Assembly (NCBI GenBank): GCA_951406725.2
Contig: OX597839.1
Coordinates: forward strand, 3,720,001-3,784,000
Source of the DNA: Octopus vulgaris
Lineage: Eukaryota
Direction: 5' to 3'
DNA: 64,000 nt
Part shown: positions 1 to 12,101 of the stretch, in pieces
Position numbering within the stretch: the first letter of the stretch is position 1
How the letters are laid out: each line of letters starts with the position of its first letter
Notes under the pieces: model-generated
What the model was told of the DNA's origin: nothing
The model's input: the letters and a program-made list of their open reading frames with translations, nothing else
Database searches by the model: none
Translations under genes and position numbers: made by a program

Positions 1-109
1 ATGGAAAGATTAAATCTTGCACCAAAGGAGCTGTTGCTGTTGCTGTTTAGATAGAACCAGGTCAACCTTAAAAAAACACACATTTCCTTCATCCTTTTGT
101 TACCATATA

Positions 110-254
110 TATAAGGTTGTCCCAAAAGTTCGTAGAAAGTCTTGGAAAATAATGGTCTTTATTTTGAGGAATAATTTTTGTTGTTTTTGTTAGTACTTGG
201 CGAGTAAAAATTCAATTTTCGCAAGTGTTTACGAACTTTTGGGACAACCTAATA
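110..254. mobile_element. mariner-type MITE
   Basis: TIRs aggttgtcccaaaagttcgta / tacgaacttttgggacaacct, in TA context. Confidence 0.8.
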
Positions 255-588
255 TATATATATAATTATTTGAGGGAATATTATTCCTAACTTACAGGGA
301 AAAATTCAATTTAGAAATACTAAATCAAATTTCGCAAAATATAATATATATATATAAAAATTAGAAAAAACCCACCTTTTATCAATTCAAAATGAACAAT
401 AAAATTATACGATCTAGAAAATTACATATAATAGAAATATTAAAAATAAAATAACAATAATCTACTGATGATTAAGTAAATAGCAAAATAATAATAAAAA
501 TGTATATACCAAATATATACGTTTTTATTATTATTTTGCAATTTACTTAATCATCGCTATATTATTGTTATTTTATTTTTAATATTTC

Positions 589-624
<36 letters not shown>

Positions 625-883
625 GAGTTTTTCCTGGGGCTGGCCAGATTGGAGCAATCTCACGTATAACCAGCCGAACTTGCAAAGATAATTTGGAATT
701 CAACTAAAGAAAGAAAATTCCGAATGACCTGTCCTTGTTTTCTTTTTATCGTCTGTCTGGATGAGAAATACTTGTGTGATTTTTTTGCCACCCTGGTAAC
801 TATTTATCTATTTTTTCCATGTTAATTGTTAACAAGGGAAAAATACACAAATCTCTATATATATATATTATACATATATACAT

Positions 884-1282
884 GAGTGGCTGTGTGGTAA
901 GTAGCTTGCTAACCAACCACATATTTCCAGGTTCAGTCCCACTGCGTGGCATCTTGGGCAAGTATCTTCTGCTATAGCCCCGGGCCGACCAATGCCTTGT
1001 GAGTGGATTTGGTAGACGGAAACTGAAAGAAGCCTGTCGTATATATGTATATATATATATATGTGTGTGTGTGTTTGTGTGTCCGTGTTTGTCCCCCTAA
1101 CATTGCTTGACAACCGATGCTGGTGTGTTTACGTCCCTGTCACTTAGCAGTTCGGCAAAAGAGACCGATAGAATAAGTACTGGGCTTACAAAGAATAAGT
1201 CCCGGGGTTGATTTGCTTGACTAAAGGCAGTGCTCAAGCATGGCCGCAGTCAAATGACTGAAACAAGTAAAAGAGTAAAAGA
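884..1282 (+). mobile_element. SINE family A (tRNA-like head, CORE-like ttgggcaag block, internal (TA)/(TG) microsatellite)
   Basis: Many copies in the window, e.g. 11000-11655, 24531-24945(-), 30150-30530, 40885-41285(-), 49735-50110(-), 50800-51240(-), 51612-51990, 60010-60410, 62363-62745(-). Confidence 0.85.
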
Positions 1283-1736
1283 GTGTGTGTATATATATAT
1301 ATATAAAATACAAAATGGGACAAGAACGCAAAACATCCAGACAGATGAAACAAAGAAAACAAGAATGAATCATTCGGAGTTTTCTTTCTTCAGTCGAGTT
1401 CCAAATTATCTTTGCAATTTCGGTTGGTTATACATGAGATTGCTCCAATCTGGCCAGGAAAAACTAAGCTAAGAGCATTAGATTCCTTGGAAGAAAGCAG
1501 CGAATATATACAAAAACAAGGACGGAAAAAAAGACGGAGAATGTTATACAAATACAAATAACAGGATATAACAACAGGTGTCTTTCGACTAAGGACGAAT
1601 TAAATTAAGCTGGTGTGTAGACACCTGTTGTTATGTTGTTAGGAGGAGGGGAATGAAGGAGGAGAGGATGAAGGGGAAGGAGTAGAAGAGGAGGAAAATG
1701 AGAAATAGGAGGAAGGAGACAGAGGAAGAAGCATAC

Positions 1737-1820
1737 CTGGTCAAGATTTTCCGGAAAAATTTGGCCACCATTTTCTAAAGAGAGGCTTTTGCCCAACAAT
1801 GTGCTGAGTTTGTCGTAAGC
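1737..1820 (-). CDS. Coiled-coil gene exon (AYDKLSTLLGKSLSLENGGQIFPENLDQ)
   Basis: cctttcag| acceptor, cag|gtatgc donor, 84 nt, phase 0/0. Confidence 0.85.
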
Positions 1821-2109
1821 CTGAAAGGAAGCAGAACCAATCATTTTAGTTCAACAACCACAGCAGAAGTTAAAAAAAGAAAAGAAGTGGAATGCAAAGA
1901 AGCAATAAATAATATGTGGCTTTATCTTTCATCTTTTACTTGTTTCAGTCATTAGACTGTGACCATGCTGGGGCAGCACTTTGAAGAATTTTCCGTTTTG
2001 CGTCTGATATCTATTCCAACACTCTCTTTTGCCAAATCCCTACATTACAGTTGTCAAGCGCTGGTGAGGGACAAACACAGACACAAACATGAGCCAGTGC
2101 CTTATAAAA

Positions 2110-2345
2110 AGCACTAACATGGAGTAACTTAGCCCTAAATATACAGACACGACAAATATGGAGTAAGCCCTAAATATACAGACACCACTAACATGGGGGT
2201 AACTTAGCCTTAAATATACAGACACCACTAACATGGGGATAACTTAGTCACAAAATATACAGGCAACACAAACACGGGGTTAATTTAGCCCTAACTATAC
2301 CACCATGACTAACAAAGGGTACACCACAAACATGGGGTAACACAA
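2110..2345. repeat. Degenerate ~35-40 bp minisatellite (acatggggtaacttagccctaaatatacagacac)
   Basis: About six diverged tandem units. Confidence 0.8.
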
Positions 2346-2516
2346 CCCCAGCTCACTGAACCCTGTCAAACTGTTCAAACCATGAAAATGAATGTTCAAT
2401 GATGATGATGATTATGATTTACATAGGGTAACTTAGCCCTAAACACCAGTCACGAAAGCGTATATGTAGAGGACCACAAGACCCTAATTCCCAAGCAGAT
2501 GATTTTTATTTCTTAC

Positions 2517-2660
2517 CTGGGTAAGTTCACAGACAGGTGTTGAGGCAATGTTGTTGTTCTCAATGCTATTTCTGACTAAAGTGCCAACACTAAGCTGTGT
2601 CTGTATTGAACTAGTTGAAAGCTGAGCCACTGTGACATCGTGATGTAACTGAAGAATCTC
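2517..2660 (-). CDS. Coiled-coil gene exon (EILQLHHDVTVAQ...VCELTQ)
   Basis: gtttag| acceptor, cag|gtaaga donor, 144 nt, phase 0/0. Confidence 0.85.
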
Positions 2661-3124
2661 CTAAACCACCATCATCGCCAAAAATAGCCACCAAAAAGAA
2701 AAACAACACCAATACCGAAATGAGAAAAAAAACAGATCATATTATCTATATATATATATATATATACACCGGAGTAAGTACATAAATGTGAAACAAGGTA
2801 AAAAGAATAAGAGTACTCAAATACCAGAGGTAGAGTAATATGCTTTATTTAAAAGCAGCAGAAATATCACAAAAACATACATACATACATATGTACATAT
2901 ATATGTATGTATATATTTGTGCATGTGTCGGTGTTTGTCCCCCCACTATTGTTTGACAACAGATGTTGGTATGTTTACGTCCCTGTAATTTGCGGTTTGG
3001 CAAAGGAGACCAACAGAATAAGTACTAGGCTAACGAAGTATACACACATATATAATATATACATACCAACATCTGTTGTCAAACAATAGAGGGGGAACAA
3101 ACACAGACACATACACAAATATAT

Positions 3125-3165
<41 letters not shown>

Positions 3166-4096
3166 GAACAGGCTGCTTTCAGTTTCTGTCTACCAAATCC
3201 ATTCACAGGGCTTTGGTCGGCCCGAGGCTATAGTAGAAGACACTTGCCCAAGGTGCCACGCAGTGGGACTGAACCCGGAACCATGTGGTTCGGAAGCAAG
3301 CTTCTTACTACAGTCACTCCTGTGCCTTGCTCAACTAAAGGTGGTGCTCTATCATGGCCGCAGTCAAATGACTGAAACAAGTAAAAGAATAAAAGAATAT
3401 ATGTATATTTTCCCCTTTAAGATGGCAATCAAAATAAGCTTTAATAGCCATCTGTGTCCCCTCTTTTCTTTCTATTATCACCCCCCCATCAGACATTCTC
3501 GTTTACCTACCCTTTGGAGTTGGTATAGCTGGATGTAAATTTCCATTTTCTTAGATAGTAGAATGGTCTGTCATGATGCTAATTAATCTATAACTCCCTA
3601 AAGATCAAATTTTAAATGTCTTGAAGACCACATTCTTCCTATTGTCTTTGATGTGTAGACAAAGGGGTCACTACTCTCATTCATCCCTGCCCCCACTCTA
3701 GCCTTTGCTAATTCCTGGCTTGTCTGTCGCTGTACTGTCCTTTCTTCATTCTGCCTAAAAATTTAGCAGTGGAATCATTGTAAATATTTGCTCTCTATTG
3801 ATGATGTGAATACGTTTAAATGATAATAATAAACACTTTCTGGGCTATTGGTATGTATATTCAATTGGTGGCAGGGTCACAGTATTTCGTTTTGCAATTA
3901 TAATGTACTATGAAGTATATTATTATTATTTTGTTTGTTCCTTCTCGAGCCATGTCTGGCTCATAAGGGCCAGTACACTCTGTGCTCAACAAGTACTTAT
4001 TTTATTCACCCCAGAAGGATAAAAGGCAATGCTGATCTCACCAAGATTTGAACTTCCATTCCTACTCAAGACAAAGTATTAAACAAAAATACTAAC

Positions 4097-4282
4097 CTTC
4101 TGCTTTGCTTCCAGTTGCTGCCTCAACATACAATTCTCCTTCAAAACCATCTGTAGATTCTCAAGCTGCACTTGATTGTCCTTTTGGATCTCATTTTGGC
4201 AGCTGGAGCTTATTCTTTCCTCATTATGGCTGGACTCACTGAGATTCTGCTTCTGTGACACGCCAAGTTTCAACTCACTTGC
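4097..4282 (-). CDS. Coiled-coil gene exon (ASELKLGVSQKQ...LEAKQK)
   Basis: acaaag| acceptor, aag|gttagt donor, 186 nt, phase 0/0. Confidence 0.85.
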
Positions 4283-6271
4283 CTTTGTTTTACACCAATA
4301 AAAGAAAGGAAAAATTTTTTAAGATAAATTTTTATAACTGACACTGCTATATCACCCAAAACATTGGAGGCACATGGCTTAGTGGTTAGGGTCTTGGACT
4401 CATGATTGTAAGATTGTTGTTTCTATACCTGGACCAGACGATGTTGTGTTCTTGAGCAAGACACTTCACTTCATGCACCTCCAGTCCATTCTGCTAGTAA
4501 AAATGCATAATCCTGTGACGGAATAGTGTCCCATCCCTGGAACTATATACACACCACAAAAACTGGGAAACCATTCCTATGTTCCTTGTTAGTTGTCGGA
4601 GCACTGCATCCTTCAAAACTTCCATGCTTTCTGAGATTCGCCAACACTACACCTGATTTCCTCCCCTCCATACACAAGCATGTATCTGACTCATACATTG
4701 TTCACTTTCCAGACATTTGTACATTACTACATACACTTTATACGCACTTTCTGACAAGTTGTGGTGCACCTGAGCACTGTATACGATAATTTCATTATTA
4801 TTATTTATTGAGTAATATGGACTAACTAGCACGCAAAACATATGGTTTCATGATTTGTTTGTGGCATATTTTTTGGCAATGACATTGATTCTCCTTCAGG
4901 CCTTCATTTCACAGAAACTAAGGCCTCAATGAGTCAAAAATAGAGGATGTTTTTTGTTTGTTTTGAGAGGTGAGCAGTCTATAAAGGCACTGGAGACAGT
5001 GGGAGTGATTGGAGTAGCTGGTATTACATTTATTCCATGGTTTACAATTGTTTCAACAACACTTGTTAAGATTATCTCTAGAGATTTTCTATAGTAATTA
5101 TAACCAGCACAGATTTTCTATGTTTCATATCTGAGATGTCTGATGTAAACAACATTGAGATTGAAGAAGGGTAATGGGTGTATAATAGCACTGCTAACAC
5201 AGTAGAACACAGTACTGACTTCTGAAAATGCTTAATATACTTCAAAAATTTCACTAATTTTCTATACGCTAGGCCACAGGTAGTAAAAATTTCTAAAATC
5301 TTTATTACCCTGATATTAATTTTGGTCACTAAACTCTGCTTACGAAGACCGGTTGAGGCAAGTGAAATGAAAATCAAAATCAATTCAATGAGTGGCATCC
5401 ATGCTAGCGGAGTGCAAAGAGCACCATATGAGTGTGATCGTTGACAGAGCGGCTATTCGAGTATGATCGTTACCAGCGTCGCCTTACTGGCACTAATGCC
5501 TGTGCTAGTAGGGTGCCAAGAGCATCATCCGAGCGTGATCGTTGCCAGAGCAGCCAACTGGCTTCCGTACCCATGGCACGTAAAAGGGCACCATTCGAGC
5601 GTGATTGTTACCAACATCGCTTCACTGACACCTGCGCCGGTGGCACGTGTAAAAAGATTTGAGCGAGGTCATTGCCAGTGCCACCTGACTGGCCCCCGTG
5701 CCGGTGGCACGTAAAAAGCACCCACTACACTCACGGAGTGGTTGGCGTTAGGAAGGGCATCCAGATGTAGAAACTCTGCCAGATCAAGATTGGAGCCTGG
5801 TGCAGCCATCTGGCTCGCCAGCCCTCAGTCAAAATCGTTCAACCCATGCTAGCATGGAAAGCGGACATTAAACAATGATGATAATGTTATATATGCTTTT
5901 CTACTTTAGGCATATGGCATATGGCCCAAAATTAGATCGACCTCAGTACACAACTGCTACTTTAATTTATTGATCCCGAAAGGATGAAAGGCAAAGTCAG
6001 CCTCAGCGGAATTTGAACTCAGAACATAAAGAGAGATGAAATACTGCTAAGCATTTCGCCAGGCATGCTAATGTTTTTGCCAGGTCGCCGCTTTTAATAT
6101 ACATACGTGATATTTATCATGTCAACTACGATGAAAAATATATGAGAAAGATATAGTATATAATTTTTTTGTGCAGGGGTTCCTTGAGACATGTAATTAA
6201 TTTTAAGGGTTATGCAAGGGTAAAAAGGTTGAAAAACACTGACCTAGACAGTAACAAAAACACTAGTAGAA

Positions 6272-6501
6272 GAGGCAAGCTGGCAGAAATGTTAGCACGC
6301 CGGGCGAAATGCTTAGCGGTATTTCGTCTGTCTTTGCGTTCTGAGTTCAAATTATGCCGAGGTCAACTTTGCCTTTCATCCTTTCGGGGTCGATAAATTA
6401 AGTACCAGTTACGCACTGGGGTCGATGTAATCAACTTAATACCTATGTCTGTCCTTGTTTGTCCCCTCTATGTTTAGCCCCTTGTGTGTAATAAAGAAAT
6501 A
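6272..6501 (+). mobile_element. SINE family B (tRNA-like head, gcctttcatcctttcggggtcgataaattaagtaccag central domain, MetaSINE-like)
   Basis: Many copies, e.g. 11085-11320(-) nested in family A with 17-bp TSD gccttgtgaatggatct, 16783-16992(-), 44169-44401, 53527-53751, 61795-62019(-). Confidence 0.85.
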
Positions 6502-6551
6502 AGAAACACGAGTAGGAGAGATAAACACTAAATATTAGTTAAAATCCTTAC

Positions 6552-6595
6552 CGTTTGGCTTCTTTCATCATCACTGTTCCTTTCCTGCGCCAATG
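6552..6595 (-). CDS. Coiled-coil gene micro-exon (ALAQERNSDDERSQT)
   Basis: ggacag| acceptor, acg|gtaagg donor, 44 nt, phase 1/0. Confidence 0.82.
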
Positions 6596-6804
6596 CTGTC
6601 CAAAATAAAGTGAAGACAGAATTAGAAAATAGAAATAAGAACAAGCTCAAGTTTCAGTTTCCAAAAGAATCCTGCATTATAGCCACTACAGCTACAGCCA
6701 ATTGGTTTGGAATTAGTAAAAGACTATTTGATAAAGATTAATAAAAGGGAAAAAAAAAATTGTAAGCACTTAATCATCATCATCATCAGCAGTAGCAGCA
6801 GCAA

Positions 6805-7182
6805 GTGGAGGCGCAATGGCCCAGTGGTTAGGGCAGCAGTCGCGGTTGGAGGATCGCGGTTTCGATTCCCAGACTAGGCATTGTGTGTGTTTATAGAGCG
6901 AAAACACCTAAAGCTCCACAAGGCTCTGACAGGGGGTGGTGGCGACCTCTGTTGTACTCTTTCGCCCCCAACTTACTCTCACTCTTTCTTCCTGTTTCTT
7001 GTCCCCAACTTCCTACGCAACCGCTGAGCGTGGATGCGCATTCATCCATCCGTCGATGCTCTCAGTGTCGGCGGGGTCGACCTGCTTTCTCTTCTGCGGG
7101 TCATACGAATAGCAAAGGACCACGTTTCGGACTTCTCCCACTACAGACAATCCTGAGGCGCGATCTGACAAACAAACAAACA
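6805..7182 (+). mobile_element. SINE family C (tRNA-derived head gtggaggcgcaatggcccagtggttagg, (CAAA)n tail)
   Basis: Second long copy 35050-35414(-); head also at 27250-27450(-). Confidence 0.8.
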
Positions 7183-8164
7183 AGCAAGCAGCAGCACCAT
7201 CATCAACATTTAACATTCATTTTCCATGCTGGCATGGGTTGGATGGTTTGATGGGTGCCGGCCAGCTGGAGAGCTGCACTGCACTCCGTTTATCTGTTTT
7301 GATTTGGTTTCTACAGTGGGATGTCTTTCCTAATGCCAGCCACTTTACAGAGTATCTCTCTTTCTTTTGCCCTTTTCAAGCCTGAGAGGGGAACTTTCTA
7401 GGTGTAGTCCCATTGTAATTCATGACTGAAGGGGGTCTTAACTTTACTAGATCCTCCCAAGACACAAGACTTATCCTGTAAGTCACACCAAATCTCACCT
7501 ATGGTCAAGATTGTTGGGTAGTAAATGAAAAAGTAAGATCGAGAGTACAAGCAGTCAAATTGGGGTCCCCCCAAAGGATCTCTGGAGTAACATTACAGTA
7601 ACATTGCAGGGTACGATATTACTTCTCAGCATTGAGGGGTCAGAGTTCTGGTGCTACAGACACGTGCTTTAGAATGCCAGAAGAAAGGATTGCAAAGCTG
7701 ATTCTTGAAGCCAAGCCAATTGGCAGGAGGCCTATGGGCAGAAACAAGAATGAGATGGTTGGTTAATATCCATGGTTTCAGTTGGTGAAGTTTGTGAATC
7801 CAGCAAGAAAGGGTAATGATGGCTGATTCTGACAAGACCCTTTGAAAGAGTTATCTGAGCACCCTAATCCCCATGAACCTCTCAAGAATAGCGGGTGGAG
7901 AAGAGGGACATGTGATCAGAATGTCAGAGAAATCACAGGACAGCTTCTTTAAACCGAGCCAATTGGCAGGAGATCTAAGAGTGGACCAAGAATGAGATGG
8001 CCATAGCCTCAGTTGGTCATGCTTGTAAATCCAGCCAAAAAGTGTAACAATGGTTACTTCCGATAGGACCCTATTTATTTATTTATTTTTTTTTTTTTTT
8101 ACCTAGTTTCAGCTCACGAGCTGTGGCCATGCTGGGGCACCGCCATTAAAAGAATCCTTCATGA

Positions 8165-8237
8165 AGCCCCCAGTGAGAATTGAACTCATGACCCCTGGTT
8201 TACAAGACCAGTGCTCTAACCTCTGAGCTATGGTGGA
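8165..8237 (-). pseudogene. tRNA-Thr(TGT), probable pseudogene
   Basis: 73 nt cloverleaf, anticodon arm ctggt-CTTGTAA-accag, A/B boxes present; two acceptor-stem mismatches and one T-stem mismatch. Confidence 0.8.
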
Positions 8238-8492
8238 GTAATCTTAGGCAATTGAAAGTCACAAACATATTGACTATCACACATGCAAGCATGAATCCAC
8301 CAGCCAGAGTACAGCATATTGAACTGACCCAAGTATATGACTGGTATATATATTCTTGAACCCTCCCTTACTAGTGACATGAAAAGTTGAGCTGAATCCC
8401 AGGAGTACAAACAAAACATATAGAGAGTGGAGAGCAAAAGTTCAAAAACCGATTTATGTATTTTCTCATTACCTGATGCATAAATGACTTAC

Positions 8493-8568
8493 CTGATACA
8501 TGTGACTGAGTCACAGCTGGTTCAATCCCATGCTTCCGTTCTTTTGCATAATGCATCAGTTTGTTTAT
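8493..8568 (-). CDS. Coiled-coil gene exon (INKLMHYAKERKHGIEPAVTQSHVS)
   Basis: gattag| acceptor, cag|gtaagt donor, 76 nt, phase 0/1. Confidence 0.82.
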
Positions 8569-8895
8569 CTAATCAAAATAAATGTTGTTCCTGAGGTTAT
8601 ATCAATTTCCTGAGACTATACATACATGCATAAATAGAGCGAGCATACAGATGTAAGCATTGGTAAAAACATACATTTAGTGCATATAAGTGGTCTCTAT
8701 CATTATATATAATTTAAACTTTAATTTCCTTTATATTTAACATTCACTATTAATATCCCTACTCTTTCTGTTAGCTACTTATGACGTTATATCATATAAT
8801 GTTTTTTTAAACAATATTAATAGTGTTCTGTCTATCGCTATACAAATCCATCATTTTTTGTTAAAATGTCTAATTGACGAGTTTCGTTTTTTCCC

Positions 8896-8979
8896 CTTTC
8901 CTGAGGAGAAGATTGCATTGTTTATACCATTTATTCTTTTGAATAGTATCAGTGGAATTTTCAAAACATGTGTCGAAAG
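8896..8979 (+). ncRNA. Degenerate hammerhead motif
   Basis: ctttc-CTGAGGA-gaagatt..aattttc-aAAA-catgtg-TC-gaaag; changes consistent with CpG decay. Confidence 0.5.
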
Positions 8980-9020
8980 TAAAAATATTTGATTACACCT
9001 GCGTTAACTCCATTTTTTTA

Positions 9021-9058
<38 letters not shown>

Positions 9059-9223
9059 AGTAGATCAACTTTTATGTCAACTGTTCAAAACGCCTGATGA
9101 AATGGTTTGTTTATGTGATCATATAATGTAATACATTCACAAGTAAATAAATAACCATGATATGGAAATATATGCTACCGAATTTGAACAATATTTCTGC
9201 TCATAGCCTTACATAATACATAT

Positions 9224-9270
<47 letters not shown>

Positions 9271-9274
<4 letters not shown>

Positions 9275-10855
9275 ATAAAACGGTAAGATAACAAAAGAAA
9301 GAAAGAGACCTCAATATTATGTAAATAGAGGAAATTTATCTATACAATATGTTACATTACTCGGTAGTCAAGATAAAACTCTGAGTTTCAGATGCCGAAG
9401 TGGAAATCCACAACACCATCTCTTCGGTTATCTGGCTATTTGAAAACGTTATGAAAAAATACCGTTAAAAATGAAGGGAAATTACTCTGTTATAACTCTG
9501 CTTTGCCTGTGTACTTATACATCGCTCGCATTTTTCGTCATAAAAATTATATAAAAATACATAAAAATATATAAAAATATATAAAAATATATAAAATCTT
9601 CTTGGGACATTACACAGAAAGCATGTTCTATCCGTTTTCTTTAGGGGACCAAAAACGTAACAGAAATTTAGTCACATGTGGGCATGATCCGAAAAGCTCT
9701 GTCCTTGTATTTAGACATGTGGTAGGGTCTAAGCTGCTTTTCCAGATAAGCCATCTCTCCATGTCGCATAAACCGCACCTTCCGCTGCCGTTGGTATAGG
9801 GCTTACATCTGGCCAAAATCTTCCATTGTATGTTATAATCGACACCTTTATCTCTTAAAGACCAAATATGATTGGATAATTGTGTCGCTTTTCTTTTGTT
9901 CCAGTGCCTAAAGCTCAAAGTGTGGTTATTGAACCTGGCCTTGAAATTACCCTCTGTCAGGCCCACGTATTTCTTCGTCGAAACGGTGTCTTTAGTGGTT
10001 ATAGAGTTTACGGTAGCTTCATATATGATGGTCTTGGACATGCAAGCTCCATTTAGCGGGCACAATTCTTTATTCCTGCATGAACAGCTGTTTTCTTCTT
10101 GTGTTTTTTGTATGTTATGATTGATTATGTTTTTAAAATTGGTAGTTGAACTAAAACTAATTTTTAAATTGTGTCTATTGAAGAGTTTCCTATAAGCATG
10201 GTTAACTGGAAAATGTCTATCTATCAGTGCTAGGAAATATTTACCTATATTGAAGGCCACCTCGGGTGAGTAAGGGGGCGTAAACCAGATGACCTTCCTA
10301 TTTCTATTATTCCTTTTCCTTATTGTTGGGCTGGTGATAGGTGTATATTTTATTTTTTCGCTAAAACCACTATCTTTTAAAGCTTTATTATAAACTGGGG
10401 CAACGCTATTGAAGATGTCCTCATTAGATGAGAGGCTAGAAATCCTCTTACTAATATTTTTAACTAAATTTTTGAATACTATAGGGGGATGGCATGAACC
10501 TACATTAATATAACTTAGTCTATCATTGGGCTTCCTATAAGGCTTATAAATATTATTATTAAGATCTAAGGAAACGTCTAAGAAATTGACAACCGTCAGG
10601 TTAGTGTCTTCGGACTTAGTATAACTATAGACACTAACCTGACGGTTGTCAATTTCTTAGACGTTTCCTTAGATCTTAATAATAATATTTATAAGCCTTA
10701 TAGGAAGCCCAATGATAGACTAAGTTATATTAATGTAGGTTCATGCCATCCCCCTATAGTATTCAAAAATTTAGTTAAAAATATTAGTAAGAGGATTTCT
10801 AGCCTCTCATCTTGAGTTTTATCTTGACTACCGAGTAATGTAACATATTGTATAG

Positions 10856-10858
<3 letters not shown>
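9271..10858 (-). mobile_element. Penelope-like retroelement (Naiad-type), 5'-truncated with inverted segment
   Basis: Stop-free frame 10608-9628 (326 aa): RT end VNFLDVSLDL, thumb YRKP..YIN..S.HPP, linker IWFTPPYS, CSCRNKELCPLNGAC zinc knuckle, GIY-YIG (IIY..YVG..R), C-terminal CGLC..LN.R.E..CPH; flanked by (TA)n. Confidence 0.9.
9371..9433 (-). ncRNA. Type I hammerhead ribozyme motif in Penelope 3' pLTR
   Basis: agataa-CCGAAGA-gatg..catc-t-GAAA-ctc a gag-TT-ttatct: stems I, II, III pair; U4 is C. Confidence 0.65.
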
Positions 10859-10894
<36 letters not shown>

Positions 10895-11845
10895 TATATA
10901 TATCTGGATTGTTGGAACCAAGGAAAGCAGTAGAAGAAAGTATATATATAGTCACAGGAGGGGCTGTGTGGTAAGAAGATTGCTTCCAAACCATACGGTT
11001 CTGGGTTCAGTCCCATTATGTAGCACCTTGAGCAAGTGTCTTCTACCATAGCTTTGGGCTAACTGAAGCCTTGTGAATGGATCTTATTTCTTATTTCTTT
11101 ATTGCCCACAAGGGGTTAAACATAGAGGGGACAAACAAGGACAGACAAAGGGATAAGTCGATTATATCGACCCCAGTGCGTAACTGATACTTAATTTATC
11201 GACCCTGAAAGGATGAAAAGCGAAGTCAATCTTGGCGGAATTTGAAATCAGAATGTAACGGCAGACGAAAAATACCGCTAAGCATTTCGCCTGGCGTGCT
11301 AACATTTCTGCCAACTCGCTGCCTTGTGAATGGATCTGGTAGAAAGAAACTTAAAGAAGCCTGTCATATGTGTATGTGTGTGCATGTGAGTGTAGGTGCG
11401 TGTTTGTGTCTGTGTTGTGTGAGCTTTTGTGTCTATGATTGTCCCGAACTACTACTTGACAAGTGGTGTTGATGCATTTAAGTCCCCGTAACTTAGCAGT
11501 TCAGCAAAAGGGACCAATAGAATAAGTAGTAGGCTGAGCAAAAGTAGTAGGCTTAGCAAAAGTAGGTATTGGGGTCGAGTCAGATGACTAAAAATTCCTC
11601 AAGGCAGTGCCCCAGCATGGCCAAGGTCTAATGATTGAAACAAGCAAAAGATAACAGATATCTGTGTGGGCGTACATGCATGCGTGTAAAATAGAATTTG
11701 CTGTCTTGTTAGGTTGAGAAAGAACATTTAGCATCATCCTAAATGATTGCTAACTCCATGTAGTGTATTTTTACCAAAGTTTGGATCAATATATTGATAA
11801 TATATGATAATATATGATAATATATATGAAAATATATGATAATAC

Positions 11846-12070
11846 CTGCTGGTATAGTTGGCTGTGGTTGTCTTGTAAGTCAACAAAAAGATCCATAACA
11901 TTGTAAAACCTCTCCAAGATGCCAGAACCCTTTCCTTTGGCATCAATCTCATTTATAGAAATCTTCAGTTGTTCCATTCTTCTTTGGAAGCTCTTAGAAA
12001 TCTGAACTCCTTTGGTGCTGCCTCTTACAATGGCGTCCAGACATATCACAAATTCATCTGATGTGTTTTC
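11846..12070 (-). CDS. Coiled-coil gene exon (ENTSDEFVICLDAIV...SQLYQQ)
   Basis: gaacag| acceptor, cag|gtatta donor, 225 nt, phase 0/0. Confidence 0.88.
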
Positions 12071-12101
12071 CTGTTCAATAAAAGGAGATAAAAGGTATAT
12101 T

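Noticed and set aside
868-1113. Recurrent ORFs such as YDRLLSVSVYQIHSQG / RHLPKVPRSGTEPGTMW
   Set aside because: They are translations of SINE family A and recur with each copy in inconsistent frames.
9091-9175. Additional hammerhead (CTGATGA with long stem II)
   Set aside because: GAAA reads GATA and stems I and III cannot be formed convincingly.
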